A stretch of DNA of 64,000 nt from Cyanophora paradoxa CCMP329 (GCA_004431415.1 QPMI01000469.1:1-64000); one strand, 5' to 3'; shown: positions 25,417-38,585, counted from the first letter of the stretch. Notes: a model not told the origin generated them from the sequence alone. Numbers and translations are program-made.

Positions 25417-27465
25417 TCAGTGAGCTAAGCTGTGACCATCGCTCACCATCCTCGAGCTCTGCCCGGGCAGGTGCTTCTCTGGGTGGGAGGCTCGTCGATC
25501 GAGTGCGCCCCCATTGAAATGAGGGTTTTTCGATATCGCAATGATTGTAAATGATTGTTCATTATTACACCATTGCATGTACAAGTTCCAGAGGTCGTAC
25601 AGTGTGTTCGTGATACGGATGCACACGTGCGTTATGTGGACGGGTTTGATGCTGAGGTGGAAGCCATTTTAATTATCATTCGTTTCATTGAAGGAAGGTC
25701 GTTAATCAGATCCAGGCCCGTCCCCCGAGCTATTGCCATTGGAAGGGCCGACTTGTCAAATAGTGACTCCAGCATGTGACATCCTAGAACCATTGCAAGG
25801 TTTGGCAGCATACGATCCTGCTGATACTGCTCGAGAGTCGTGTCACTCCCTGGTGAAATGTCAGTTCACACCAACGTTTTGTAGGAGGTGATACGAACCA
25901 ATGTCCGCTCCATGGAAGCTTGCTGCCCTCAGGACTTTGGTGAGGGAAGCCACATCAGACAAGCCCAGGTTCAAACCCTGTCCCGCAAGCGGGTGCACTG
26001 TGTGTGCAGCATCTCTGCCAAAATGTTCAATGAGAACCCCAGAGACTGTGAAGGCATTCACCCACCCAATGACAACAATTCGACGGGAGAAGTATCTTTG
26101 GGCATGGGATGCGACCAAAGGGAATGCCTGTCGTCTTGTGTTTGCACTGACGATCCGGGGGGGAGCCCTCCATGAAGGAGATCGAGCTCGAGGCAGCCAT
26201 TGTGATAGCGGTGAGGGGCGTGGCCTTCGCGAGAATGCATTATTAAGTTCTGCAACAAATTCCTGGGCAGATGATAGTGAGCACAATGGCAGAAAGGGTC
26301 CAAAGGATGCAGACATCGTCACTCAAGGCAAGGACACGGTCGGCATGCTCAGATGGCAGCGACCACACAATGTTGCAGTATTTCTCTGGCATCTGGAGTG
26401 CGAAAACGATGAGAGAATCCAGAAAAAAAAGTGCCGAACTGATTTGGAAATGGGAGCTGACGGGAAGGAGCGCCAGGGGTCCGGATGGGAGGAAGCACTG
26501 CCACGCTGTAGAGGTTGGTTCCACACAGTTGACGGTGCAGATAACCGCCTTCTGACCGTACTTCCACTGCCAGCTGTCCAGACCCGCGGCAGTGCGCACT
26601 TTCGATTGCCGGCCATCTGCTCCAATTACGAGTCTGGAGCTGATGTGGTCGCCATTGTCCAGCTCAGCTGTCACGCGAAGGCCATTTTCTGTACGACTGT
26701 GAACACTGTCGAGAGCTACGGAAGACGGAAGGCACACCGGCAAGTGTCAGTTTTGCCACTTGCGAAGACCTGATCACTTGAATTCCGGCGACTTCTTCCA
26801 TGCGCGCATCAAGCGCCTGCGATATTACGTTGTTCTCGATGATGTGCCCGAGATGCGGCTCGCCGACATCGTCGGTGCTGTATCGAACACACCCGAACTC
26901 GTCCCAAACCTGCGCTCGAATAGCGGGCACGTCACCAACAGGTGCTTCGACATAGCGAGCGAGGCGGCGGCGAACCTGCATGTGTCGATATGGCGCAACC
27001 CGCATTGCCTTGATGGCGTCCCAAGCGCCAAGTTCTGCTCGCAAACGATGTAAAAATCTCGGCGGTGTAAAAGGTCTCAGCGATAAAAGTGGAAGTACTA
27101 CGCGCCTGCGAGTAGCCGCTCCGAGGTCGGTGTCACGGCGCAGACGCGCACGTCCGGAACCTCGGGGAGTGACATGCGTGCATGCGGCGTACGCGCATCC
27201 ACGATTCCGACGCGCATGCCAGGGATGCGCTCTGCAGTAAGCTGAGGATGCGCAGCCGCACTGCGGCATGTCGGATGAGCGGAGAGCGCTTACCGAGCGA
27301 GCATGCGAGGGCTGCGCCGACCATGCCCCCTCCGACGACAAGCACGTCGAGATCCTTGTGCTGCCGCATTGTTGCGGTGCCGGAGGACCGACGCGGCAGC
27401 TGCAACGACAGTCGCGCTTGCAGCGGCGACCGCATGCGGCCGGAGCTCGAGATCCGAGAAAGCAT
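25417..27465 (-). CDS. COQ6: Ubiquinone biosynthesis FAD monooxygenase (COQ6/UbiH family), mitochondrial
   Basis: DVLVVGGGMVGAALAC, RLVIGADGRQSKVR, TAWQCFLPSGPLALLP, DAAHTVHPLAGQGLNLGLSDV. Confidence 0.92.
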
Positions 27466-27831
27466 CCGCGTGGAGGCCTAGATTGCCAAGGAGACGTGTC
27501 GGCGCCGCAAGCGACGCGCAGCCGGCGCACGTGCGCGCTTGAAAGAGAAGCTTGCTGCAGTACGAGCGGATCTAATCTAAGTAGAACTAGCTATAGCTAG
27601 CGGGCATCGTGCAGCGTCGACGTCTACGTACGTATACCCGGCCCGGCTGCACAGTTTAAAAGGCATGCGCACACTTTGCATAACTAGTGCAGTGCACTTT
27701 TTTTATCAGGCAAACTATAGCTAGAAGTGAAGCCTGCACGGCACTGCGCATGCCGGCGAAGGCGCAATCTGCACGTGCTGCCCATGGCTGCGTTTTTGGA
27801 CACTCGCCGTGCTGGATAGCACTTTTCAACC

Positions 27832-27903
27832 GGCCTGATAGTATAACGGTTAGTACACGGCTTTCACACGGCCGAAATCCGGGTTCGATTCCCGGTCGGG
27901 CTA
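27832..27903 (+). tRNA. trnV-CAC: tRNA-Val, anticodon CAC
   Basis: Acceptor stem GGCCTGA/TCGGGCT plus discriminator A; D arm GTAT..GTAC; anticodon arm CGGCT-TT CAC AC-GGCCG; T arm CCGGG TTCGATT CCCGG. Confidence 0.92.
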
Positions 27904-28083
27904 TTGCACCGGTTCACGACATTCTGAACCTCGGGCTCGACTCCCCGGGGGAGGGGACCTCTGCTCGATCGTTTCTGACGCCGGCGACCGCTGCGCGCGC
28001 GAGTGGTTGGTTAATTATATCTTATATCGCGCGGCAATACGCTCGATCTCCGCATGCGCGGCATCACACACGCAGCCAGAGGG

Positions 28084-29197
28084 ATGGGCAGGTCGGCGCC
28101 CTCCATTTCTCAAGCTTGCTTGGCGCTCTTAAACTCTGGTCGTAGGGCACTTGGGCTCAGCCCGTCGCGCGTCGACGTTTGGCTCCTCGAAACGTCCGAA
28201 CCGGCGCTGCGCGACGCCGAGCTTCTCAAAGCGTACCGCTCGATGCTCAGCGCCGACGAGTCTGCTCAGCTTGAGCGCTTCGCTCTAGAGCGATCCAAGC
28301 AGGAGTATGCGACCTGGACATGCAATGATCTCTCCTACTGAATGGTCTGCAGATACCTGCTCACAAGGGCGCTGGTTCGTACGACGCTGTCACTCTACTC
28401 TCCCGATGTGCTCCCGCCAGCCTGGGCGTTTGGAAAGAACGAGTTCGGGAAGCCGTACATTCTGCATCCGCAAGAAGCCTCGAGACTGCGTTTCAATGTG
28501 GCCCACACAGGCGGTCTCATTGCCCTCGCTGTTGGCTCAGAGTGCGACATTGGGATCGATTGCGAGAATTCAACACGAGCCGCACGCTGCGAAGAGGTTG
28601 CGGTAAGATTATTTCGAGGCTTCTTCGCGCCATAATATTGCTCTAAAATGCTTCACCTGGATGAAAACAGGAGCGTTTCTTTTCAGAGAATGAAGTGGAA
28701 CTGTTAAGACAGACATCGGATGAAGTGCTCAGGAGACAAATGTTCATCGACATCTGGGTGCTCAAGGTCAGCTCTGAGCTTGTCTGGGTTTTCCTCTGTC
28801 GGGTTTGCTGGTACCGAGTGCCAGTACAGGAAGCATGTATAAAAGCTGTTGGTAAAGGCCTGTCTATGCCCTTGGACTCGGTATCGGTAAGGTTTGGCAA
28901 AGATGGAATGCAGTATCCTTCAGGTCCACTCTTTGTGACGGGATTAGGTCCCGCGACAGCAGTGGACTTGCGGTTATTCTCAGTATGTATCTCGCTGCTG
29001 CCCATGTTGATCTGAGTATCGCTAACAAGAATCTGCTGGACGGGCAGACTGGAGATCACTCGCTCGCATTGTGCTTGCTTGACGACGGAAAAATAAATTC
29101 AATGCGCACTGTTCAGTTCTTTAGAGCAGCACCCCTCCTATATCCCCATGATGCATTTTTCGGAGTTGCCCTGAGAGCATCCACCCTTGGAAGCTAA
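28084..29197 (+). CDS. Sfp-type 4-prime-phosphopantetheinyl transferase
   Basis: LLTRALVRTTLS, FGKNEFGKP, FNVAHT, IGIDCE, WVLK/EACIKAVGKGL. Confidence 0.9.
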
Positions 29198-30811
29198 TGC
29201 AGTTGTAGCTTTCTAGGCTAAGAATAATGAAATGCAGTTGTTGCTCTTTCTATGCTATGGGCACGCAGTGACTCCGGATCCCCCTCGCACTCGAAACCAG
29301 GACCGAAGTACCACTATTACGTGCTGTTTGGGATCCCGGATGGGGAAAAGAGTGTAACCCACAGGGTCCTTTGAGGCCCCTAGGGGAGGGACGTCGACCC
29401 CCGTCTGTTCGAGAAGGGATCCGGAGGTGCGACCATCCGATGATCCGATGATCTACAGCTGCATGCCTAGGCCTATGAGCCGAGCCGCTGAGCAGGCACT
29501 TCGAATTCACATCCACAGCTCAGGGGCTGTGCACGTGCAGCAGCGGATGAGGTTGCTCCTGCATGAGAGAGAGGATTGCGATTAGGGGAGATTACCGTAT
29601 ATAGTACGATTCAATGATTAGGAGCTAGGGGGGAGCTAGAGAGGGACGGCTAGATTTCATTTGTGATTACGATCGGAAGGGGTGGGGGAGGGGGGGGGGG
29701 GGGGGGGGGGTCAGGGGAGTCGATCGCGATTGCGATTACCGTAGTACAATTAGGGGGGGATATATAGCTATAGGGGAGTTGTATTGCCTCACTGCTTTCT
29801 GCCGTCAGGAGCCGGCGCCCCGAGTCGCTTTACCCGCAGTGCTTGGCCTTAGTTTCCCCAGCGCTTGCGCAGAGTGCTCGCTTTAGACCCCCACTACTTT
29901 TCATGTACCCCTCCCGGGCTTTTCCCCCGGGCGACACACTTGTACCCTAGACTTGTTCTTGCTCCCAGAATACTAGCTCAGCTCGCTCGCACCGCCAGCC
30001 CGCCAGCGCTGCGCAGCACGCATGGCGACGTCCAGCCACACCGGAAACTAAGCCCTTCCGAGTTCTGAGTTGATTGAGTAATATTTGTGACTACGGTTAG
30101 GGCCTGGGGACCCCGGAGGCTAGGGTAGTCGAGTGCGATTACGATTAGGGGCCCGGGGAGGCGAGGGAGGGGGGGGGGGGGGGGGAGAGGGGAGGGGGGG
30201 GAAGGGGGAGGGGAGGGGAGGGGGGGGGAAGGGGGGGAGGGGAGGGGGCTGTCGGGGGCTAGGAGAGGAGGTTGCGATTAATATTACGAATAGGGGCCCG
30301 GGAAGGCGAGAGAGAGGAACGTCGGAAAAGGAACCTTCTAGAGACTGAGATCTAGAGCTCTACTAGGCTAAATCTGGCGCAGGGCGGGCTGCTCGAGCTC
30401 ACGCTCCAAGCTCAGCGGCTGTTTGAGCTCCGCCGGGCCGGGCTCGGGAGCTCGGGAAGCGGCCGGCGCCGCGGGGGGGGGGGGGGGGGGGGGGGGGAGG
30501 GGCTCCCGGCTGCGGGGTGTCGGGGGGCTAGGAGAGGAGGTTGCGATTACGATTAGCTATAGATATATATAGGGGGGCGAAATCGCAAGAAAGCTACCTC
30601 CGAGCTCGAGGCTCTGCAGCACGCTGCATGCGCACATGCTAATCGTAATTGCAAAAAGCTATGTATACCTCTGCAGCTGGCCCAGTGCACGTGGTGCAAA
30701 TGCGATCTCCGTGCACGTGGGGAGGGGATCGACTCTGATCCTTTGTCCAACGGTATATATATATATATAGATATATAGATATATATATAGATATATAGAT
30801 CTACGTATATA

Positions 30812-31749
30812 CAATCTACCGATAGGATATCGATGTGTACATCGATCGATATATCGCCATCGCGATCGATATCCGGATCCGGATCCGGAGCCCCACGGCA
30901 GGTGCTTCGCGTCCACGTGCACGCCCTATATATATTAGCCCTGCCAACTGCGGAAATCCGGGTCGGCGATCGAAATTCGGGTCACGTCCGAGAAACGTCC
31001 GTACCCCGTGTTCATCGTGGATCAATTCACGCACACACCTCGACAGTGACGTCACGCAATTTTCCATCGAGTTCTCTCATGGATCAAATGTCCGACTTGT
31101 ACGCCGACATGTCCGGACGTGTGGAGGAATTCCGATCGTGGCTTCTCGAGGGAGACCGCTCTCCCATGGCCGTCGCGCGAATATCGAATTTCGGCTCTCC
31201 CGTGGGCGTCACGCGAAAATCGAATTTCTCTCGCGGATCGATTCCGGTATTTATACCCCGATTCGATCGCGAAACTCCAAATCTACCGATAGGATATCGA
31301 TGTGTACATCGATCGATATATCGCCATCGCGATCGATATCCGGATCCGGATCCGGAGCCCCACGGCAGGTGCTTCGCGTCCACGTGCACGCCCTATATAT
31401 ATTAGCCCTGCCAACTGCGGAAATCCGGGTCGGCGATCGAAATTTGGGTCACGTCCGAGAAACGTCCGTACCCCGTGTTCATCGTGGATCAATTCACGCA
31501 CACACCTCGACAGTGACGTCACGCAATTTTCCATCGAGTTCTCTCATGGATCAAATGTCCGACTTGTACGCCGACATGTCCGGACGTGTGGAGGAATTCC
31601 GATCGTGGCTTCTCGAGGGAGACCGCTCTCCCATGGCCGTCGCGCGAATATCGAATTTCGGCTCTCCCGTGGGCGTCACGCGAAAATCGAATTTCTCTCG
31701 CGGATCGATTCCGGTATTTATACCCCGATTCGATCGCGAAACTCCAACA
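30812..31749. repeat. Near-perfect tandem duplication of a 467-bp unit
   Basis: Identical ORFs at 30816 and 31283 (offset 467); about one substitution seen. Confidence 0.95.
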
Positions 31750-31814
31750 AGCCCTGGGCCCCTGCAGGTCCCAAACATCGGGCGAAGCCTCAGCCGCCCA
31801 CCTCCCGTCCCCCT

Positions 31815-32425
31815 TAATCATTGCGGCCCGTCGGAGGGGAGGGGAGGGCTGCTGATCATGATGGGGGGAGTTGTCCTGAGTGGAGTTGTCCTCAGAGAAT
31901 ATAATTCTGGAATTAGGGGAATTGGTGATCATGATAATATAATGAGGAGAGGAGTGGTGTTGCCAATCAGCTAGCTGTAGTTGAGCTCGAGGCCCTCAGG
32001 AAATTGACAGGAGATTGTTGAGGGGAGGGGCGAGGTTCTCGCGGCCAGGCGCATGCACAGAGCTTATAAATCGCTTAAACAGAGTCTCAATCATCGCGGC
32101 CCGTCGTGGCTGTTGCTGGGTCGGTGGCCCGCAGTGGGGCAAGGAGAGGGGAGCTAGGGGAGCTACGAGGGCTAGCTGCTGATCATGAAAGGGAATATAA
32201 TTATGGGGGGAGTTGTCCTGAGTGGAGTTGTCCTCAGAGAATATAATTCTGGAATTAGGGGAATTGGTGAGAATATAATGAGGGGAGGAGTGGTGCTGCC
32301 AATCAGCTAACTGTAGTTGAGCTCGAGGCCCTGAGGAAATTGACAGGAGATTGTTGAGGGGAGGGGCGAGGTTTTCGCGGCCGGGCGCATGCATAGAGCT
32401 TGCGGATCGCTTAAACAGAGTCTCC
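31815..32425. repeat. Imperfect tandem duplication, about 275-340 bp
   Basis: GGAGTTGTCCTGAGTGGAGTTGTCCTCAGAGAATATAATTCTGG..TCGCTTAAACAGAGTCTC occurs twice. Confidence 0.85.
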
Positions 32426-34610
32426 AATGCATACAGGATCGATGTCCAGGGCTGTGGAGGCGAGGGGGTGCGGAAATATGTGCAGGCCTGTCCATGGGAT
32501 CGAAAATTCGGCGTCGGCTGGCCATGGGTTCTCGTTCTCTTTCGCGGCCACAGAGCTTGCGGAAGGCTTCGTTTAGATCTCAAATGATAACTGTAGCGAT
32601 GGGCATGGGTGAGGACGCGAGGGTGCGCGGAAAGATGCGCAGGTCCGTCCAGAATCGAATTTTCGGGGACGGCTGGGTCCTCGCGGCCCGGCGCATTTAG
32701 AGACCGCGCGAAAGGCTTCTTCTACATCTCAAATGCTTATACTATTGATCCGCGCATGCGCCGCGGCGTCGGCGCGCGGAAAGTTGCCCGGGGCTGTGCA
32801 GGATGGAATTTTTGCTGTCGGGTACCTTCCTGCACTGTTCCGGCTCCGAAAAGCGGATATCTAGATTGCGCAGGCCGTGCTATGTCTATGCGCGCCAGTA
32901 CGCATCGATTGCGCGCGTCGGGGGACCGGACGGAATCGGCAGGATCAAAAGTTTGGCCGAGTCTTTGGACTGGAGCGTCGGCGGCGACCGAAATCGAGCT
33001 TGCAGCGGTGCGCGCGCTCTTGGCTGTCATTCTGAGCGCTCTGGCGCGTCCCTGGCGCGCCTTCGTCGCGGGACTGGGTCCCACTTTTTGGGGTTTCGCG
33101 ATCGAACCGCGGGGTATAAGTACTGGAATTGATCTTGGAGGGAAAGTTGATTTTCGTGCGGGGACCCAGGAGTCCAGACTGAATTTGAGGGGAGCCACGA
33201 CTCCAAAAATAAGTGTTACGTCCGTGTCGAGCCAAGTGACGTCGGAGATAGGGCTGGGTCCAGTGAGATCAGTGGAGGGTCGAGGGTCTTACTCCACTCA
33301 CTGAGTGAGGATTTTGGCTCACTCGTACAAAGAAAAATGTATGGGGCGAGTGAGCCGGATTTCAGCCCGCGCCGCGCGGCGGGGTATCTGGCTCCATGGA
33401 ATCACGACCCAGGCGCCCCACGGCCCCCACCTAACGATTTGGGGGTACTTTTGAGTCAGATGACTCAGATCTACATGCGTATAGCGTAGCGCTAGCAGCA
33501 CCGCGCGCGATGCTGACCATGACCAATTTGAAATTCGAAACGACCTCTCAGAGTCTCGACATTTTAGAAGCCCGCGGAAACAGCTGGCAGTTACGGCACG
33601 TAGCGCCTGCAAACACGGCGAAATCTGGGCCGTTTTAGGTCGTTTTAGGTCGTTTTTCGCGTATACGAAAACGTACCCCCTGCTCACTACAGTGACTGAG
33701 TGAGTGGGACGCAAAAAGCTCACTCACAAAGTAAGCCCGCGGACCTCACTGGGCGCAGCCCTAGTCGGAGACCGTTCGCCTTCATTGTGGAGGTTGTCAA
33801 CCTCGACGCTCGGACCAATCGGACTCGAGTGGAAAAAAAATAAATGGGCACGTTCACCATCGATTTACGGAAGAGGCTTCGCCCGAAAAGTGGGACCCAG
33901 TCCCGCCCGGTCCCGCGACGAAAGCGCGCCAGCGACGCCCCAGAGCGGTACAGAAAGAGAGCCGAGGGCGCGCGCACCGCTGCAAGCTCGATTTCGGCCG
34001 CCGTCGACACTCCAGTGCGAAGAGTCGGCCAAAAGTTTGACCCAGCCGGTCCCGTCCGGTCCCGCGACGCGCGCAATCGATGCGTTCTCGCGCGCATAGA
34101 CATAGCACGGCCTGCGCACTCCAGAGATCCGCTTTTCGGAGCCGGAGCAGTGCAGGAAGGCACCCGGCGGCGAAAATTCGTTCCTGCACAGGCCCGGACA
34201 TCTTTCCGCGCGCCCACGCCGCGGCGCATGCGCCGAACAATAGTATAAGCATTTGAGATGTAGAAGAAGCCTTCCGTACGCTTTTTAAATGCGCCGGGCC
34301 GCGAGGACCCAGCCGACCCCGAAAATTCGATCCTTGACGAACCTGCCCATCTTTCCGTGCGCCCTCGCATCCTCACGCATGCCCACCCCTACAGAATTCA
34401 TTTGAGAGCTTTTCCAAGCTTTGCGCAAGCACTCTGGGGGCGAAAGAGCACAAGAACCCAGCCGACGCCAAAATTTCGATCCTGCACTGGCCTGCACATA
34501 TTTCCATGCGCCCTCGCCTCCACAGCCCTCCACATTGATATTATATATATATATATATGCATTCGAGGCTCTCCAAATGCGCCTGGCCACAGGAACCTCG
34601 CTCCTCTAAT
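32360..34610. mobile_element. Large foldback element with imperfect inverted arms of about 730 bp or more; non-coding
   Basis: 32360-33090 is the reverse complement of 33885-34610. ORFs 32609+ and 33720- share GFFYISNAYTI..RVPSCT.PAPKSG. Confidence 0.85.
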
Positions 34611-35343
34611 GATGACGAGCTCGATCGCGAGCTCGAGGTGAGATCTAGGGGGGAAATGTATATATATATATATGCATGTATATTTCCCTCTAGATCTCAC
34701 CTCGAGCTCGAGATATTTGTTTTCCCCCTCTAGATCTCACCTCGAGCTCAAGCTCCACCGACCAATATATATATATATATGGCGGCAATGAATAGGAGGC
34801 GGCGAGCCGGGGGGGCTTCGAGAAAGCCCAACCTTTCGCACACCGTGGCACGCAAGCTTAAGAACCCACGGCTCGGCGGTGTACATGTACATGTAGAGGC
34901 GTGGCGAGGGGCTGCGACGGCCTGGAGCGGAAGCGCGGCGCGCAGCCGCCGCCGGGCCGGGCGCCCTAGGCCTGGCTCGCCGGGCGGAGCTCAGCCTCGG
35001 AGCTCGGCGGCCTGGCGGCATGACTTGGTGGATGGCCATGGGGCGGAGGCGCCAGGGGCGGCGGCGCGGCTCGCCAGACGGAGCGGAGGCGCTCGGGGCA
35101 GCCGCCGGGCACCATGGCTCGCCGGGTGGGGCGCAGCGTCGGAGCGCGGCGGCCTGGCGACGTGGCTCAGGCGGCGGATCCGGAGCGGCGTGCAGCCTAC
35201 GGTGCAGCCTCCGTGCAGGGACAGTCTACGCCTACCGAGCGCTGCCCACTTAGCCTCATTGACGCTAAGACAGACTCTCTGAGACAGGGGGGCTGACATA
35301 GCAGGCATGCATTGGCAGGGCTTACCACACGTGAGTGTGGGCT

Positions 35344-35504
<161 letters not shown>

Positions 35505-35955
35505 CTACAGCTAGCTATAGCTAGGCCTTGCAGTGGCACATGCATGCGCATGTACTATATATATATGGTATGGCGAATCATGATCAGGACGCAGCGGCCG
35601 AATTCGAATGCTCCTGCCGGAACAATTCAACCGTTGAACATTATTTAAGAATTGCTAGCATTTGCCAAGTTGGACACGATCACGACCTAAATTAGAATCG
35701 CAACGTCCGGGCTACAAGTTTGGCCACGTGCCACCAGGCTTCAATGTACACTGCGCCACTGTGCATGCTGCTGCGGGCCCAGCCCACCGAGCTCGCGCCC
35801 GGCCATGGCCCAGGGTCCTCCAGCTCCAGGCTCGGCCCACCCTCGCCTTTCGTCAAAACCGTACAGCTGGCCAGCTTGGGCGTCTCCTAGGACTGGTGCT
35901 TTTTGATTTCGATTAATATTGCTATTTCTTTTGTTGCTCGTTATATAACTCACGT

Positions 35956-36813
35956 CTAGTCGAGCAAAGCAATTGCCTCGATCTCAACAAGGGCAGCCTT
36001 CGGGAGGGCAGCCACTGCAAAGGTCGAGCGCGCCGGGGGATCCTTGGGGAAATCTGGCAGGCGATTTTAAATGTATTAGATCAAGCAAATAGCAATCTGA
36101 AATGACAGAATCGCTTACACTTTGCGTAGATGGCATTGACCTTCAGAAGGAAGATGTTAAGAATCGGTGACCGGACTCTATAGGGAGAATTTCGCACCTT
36201 GGCGAAGTCGTCAATCTTTGCAAGAAGAATGGTGGTTTTCACGACGTTCTCCAAGCGCGAGCCGCCCGCCTGCGCGCGCGCAGCTTCACTCCGGCGCGAC
36301 GGCGAGTCGATCCTCGAGGGCGCTCACCTCGATGATCGCTTTAAGGTTTTTAAGAGCCTGCTCAGTCTGAATCTCCACATCGGTCGCGCTCTCGAAATCC
36401 ATCGTCTGCAAGTGGACGGACGGACGATCGGCTAACGCGAGGCGCGTCGCGCTTCGCTCACCGCGGGGACCAGGCCGAGGCATCCGCTCACGTACAGAGT
36501 GTCCTTTGTCTTGATCGCCTGGCTGTAGGGCCCTGCACACGTGGTCGGTCATAAAGACACGTAACAATTGGCAGACCGCACCAACGGCGGACGGCGCAGC
36601 GTCCGTTTGGACGACTTGACGCATCGCACAGACGGTAGAATGCGTGAACACGCGGGTGGCGGCAGGGCGCAGGCTGATGCTGACTGTCTCGCCGAAGAAC
36701 TGCCGAGCGGCGGTGCGCGCGCTCTTGCCGGCGACGGGCTGGGCCGCAAGCTTCGACGCGGAGGAGGGGACGAGAGTCGACCGAGAGACGACTGGAGCCA
36801 CCGAGACGAACAT
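35956..36813 (-). CDS. RIDA: RidA/YjgF/UK114 reactive intermediate deaminase, plastid-targeted
   Basis: Transit peptide MFVSVAP; APSAVG/PYSQAIK, LYVSGCLGL, QTEQALKNL, PPARSTFAVAALPKAALVEIEAIA. Confidence 0.93.
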
Positions 36814-37071
36814 GGCGTGGTTTTCTGGTACCCTGGAGCAGCACCGCGCCGTGACCGCGCCGTGTGACCGCGGCGTGACCGCGCCGTGACTGCGGTGGCA
36901 CTGCCCGGTGACTGCCGGGTGACTGCCCAGTGTGACTGCAGTGCCCCGCACTGCCCCGTACTACCCCGCACTGGCGCGCACTGGCCCTGCAGTGCCCCGC
37001 ACGGCTCCACAGCCCCAGGCGACGGCGCAGGGAGCGTTGCCTAGTACTCCGCAAAGCCCTGCGGTGTTCGA

Positions 37072-37933
37072 ATGGAGGATTGGTACGGCTGCGAGGCGCT
37101 CGCTCAAAGAAATGCTTAGCTAAGCTGTTGCGTTGCAGGTACCTGAGAGACGCGCGTGAGCTCTGCACGAAGCTCAAAGCAGGCGGCAAGGCAAAGGAGC
37201 GTGCTCAGATTCTCATGGATCTGGCGCAAGCGAGTTTCCTCGGCGGCGAGGCGGTGCAGGCGTACGTCGGCTCCAGCGGGGTGCTAGAAACGCTTGTCGA
37301 GCTCGTAACAACGGACGAAACTTTGAGAACAGTACGTGCACAAAGCTTCCTTGGGAAATTTGTGCTGCTGAAAGCTGCGCCGCTAACCCGCCTGCCATGA
37401 CAGAAAGCTCTCGAGGCGCTGTGTGTGATCGGGCTCAATCACCGACCTATCCAGGATGCAATCCGTGACCTAGGATTCATTCGGACGTGCGCTGAACTCT
37501 TGGTAGACCCACAGGAGACCATGGTGCGGGCAATGCCGTTGTCTCCAGTTTTCATCCACGATCATGGATTAATATTTGCTGCCTCAGAGGATGTGGGCGG
37601 CCCAGACCCTTTTCGTGCTTTGCAAGTGATCTTATTTATTTCTTTCGAAATATGGCTGACTTTCGACAGGTGCGAACAATTTACTCAACCAAAAAGCAAT
37701 TCTGCAAGTTGATCACATAAAGGTTGGCCCAGTTCCCTTTCTCTACAGGAAACTGTTGACATAGCGCCTTGGGGTAGGATAAGTTGGAGGCTGTAGTATT
37801 GGATGGCTGGCAATCCTGGGATGGTAAAAGTTTCCTTTTATTTGCAACCAGAACCTCCAAGGTTCACTTGATTGCAGGGCACAACGAGGCAGAAGAGCTT
37901 CTGAAGATGTTGGGATTGAGAGAACTGGATTGA
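37072..37933 (+). CDS. ARMH2: Armadillo-like helical domain protein, ARMH2-like
   Basis: Spliced KERAQILMDLAQASFLGG..NHRPIQDAIRDLGFI..MWAAQTLFVLCANNL..LDGWQSWDGHNEAEELLKMLG. These motifs match human ARMH2 as recalled from memory. Confidence 0.7.
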
Positions 37934-38585
37934 ATGGGCAACAATGCTTGCTCTTTCTAGCTACGGGCGCACCGGACATGTACACCCCTAGCCATCGGCG
38001 TTTTTAACCAGTACCGAAGACTGACACCATGTGCTGTTTGGGAAAAGAGCGCAACATCGCTCCCCAAACAATCGGCAGGCTTTTCGATGCTTGCACTATG
38101 TCTTGGCGCGCTTGGCCCGTCTATGACTCGCAACTCTGTTCATGATCATCTATAGCTTGATCTAGATGTCCGTGTATGACGCCCCAAGGCCTAGGTGAAG
38201 CATCTTCTTTTGTGCTCGCATATCCCTTAACGTGTGCTCACGTGCACATATCCCTTCATGTGTTGCGCGAAACTGGGTATAGGCCAATAATGCCAAACAC
38301 GACCATGGCCATGCATGTGTTGCAAACGGTCAAGAGGGTAAGCATATGCACCGGGGACTGCAGCTCGACCTTTCGCCGTCCACAAATCCGTGTTGAAAAG
38401 CTGCCCAAGAGAGGTGCATATTCCTTCCCCCGCCCCCTCAAGGAATCCAGGGCCCCAAGGGCTTCTAGTGCGCTGCTGGCACTGATGCCTGATCGGAGCA
38501 CGGATCCGCGCCAGTCGCTGAAAGGGGGGGCATTCGTGTCATTGTTACATCCTCCAAGAGAACGGGACACAATGTTGAAGGCTGC

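Noticed and set aside
27832-27903. tRNA-Glu(TTC) or a TCA suppressor reading of the anticodon loop
   Set aside because: The stem CGGCT/GGCCG places CAC at positions 34-36, which gives Val.
30833-31974. 379-aa ORF and overlapping ORFs
   Set aside because: They simply traverse the 467-bp duplication, shift frame between copies and have no recognisable protein features.
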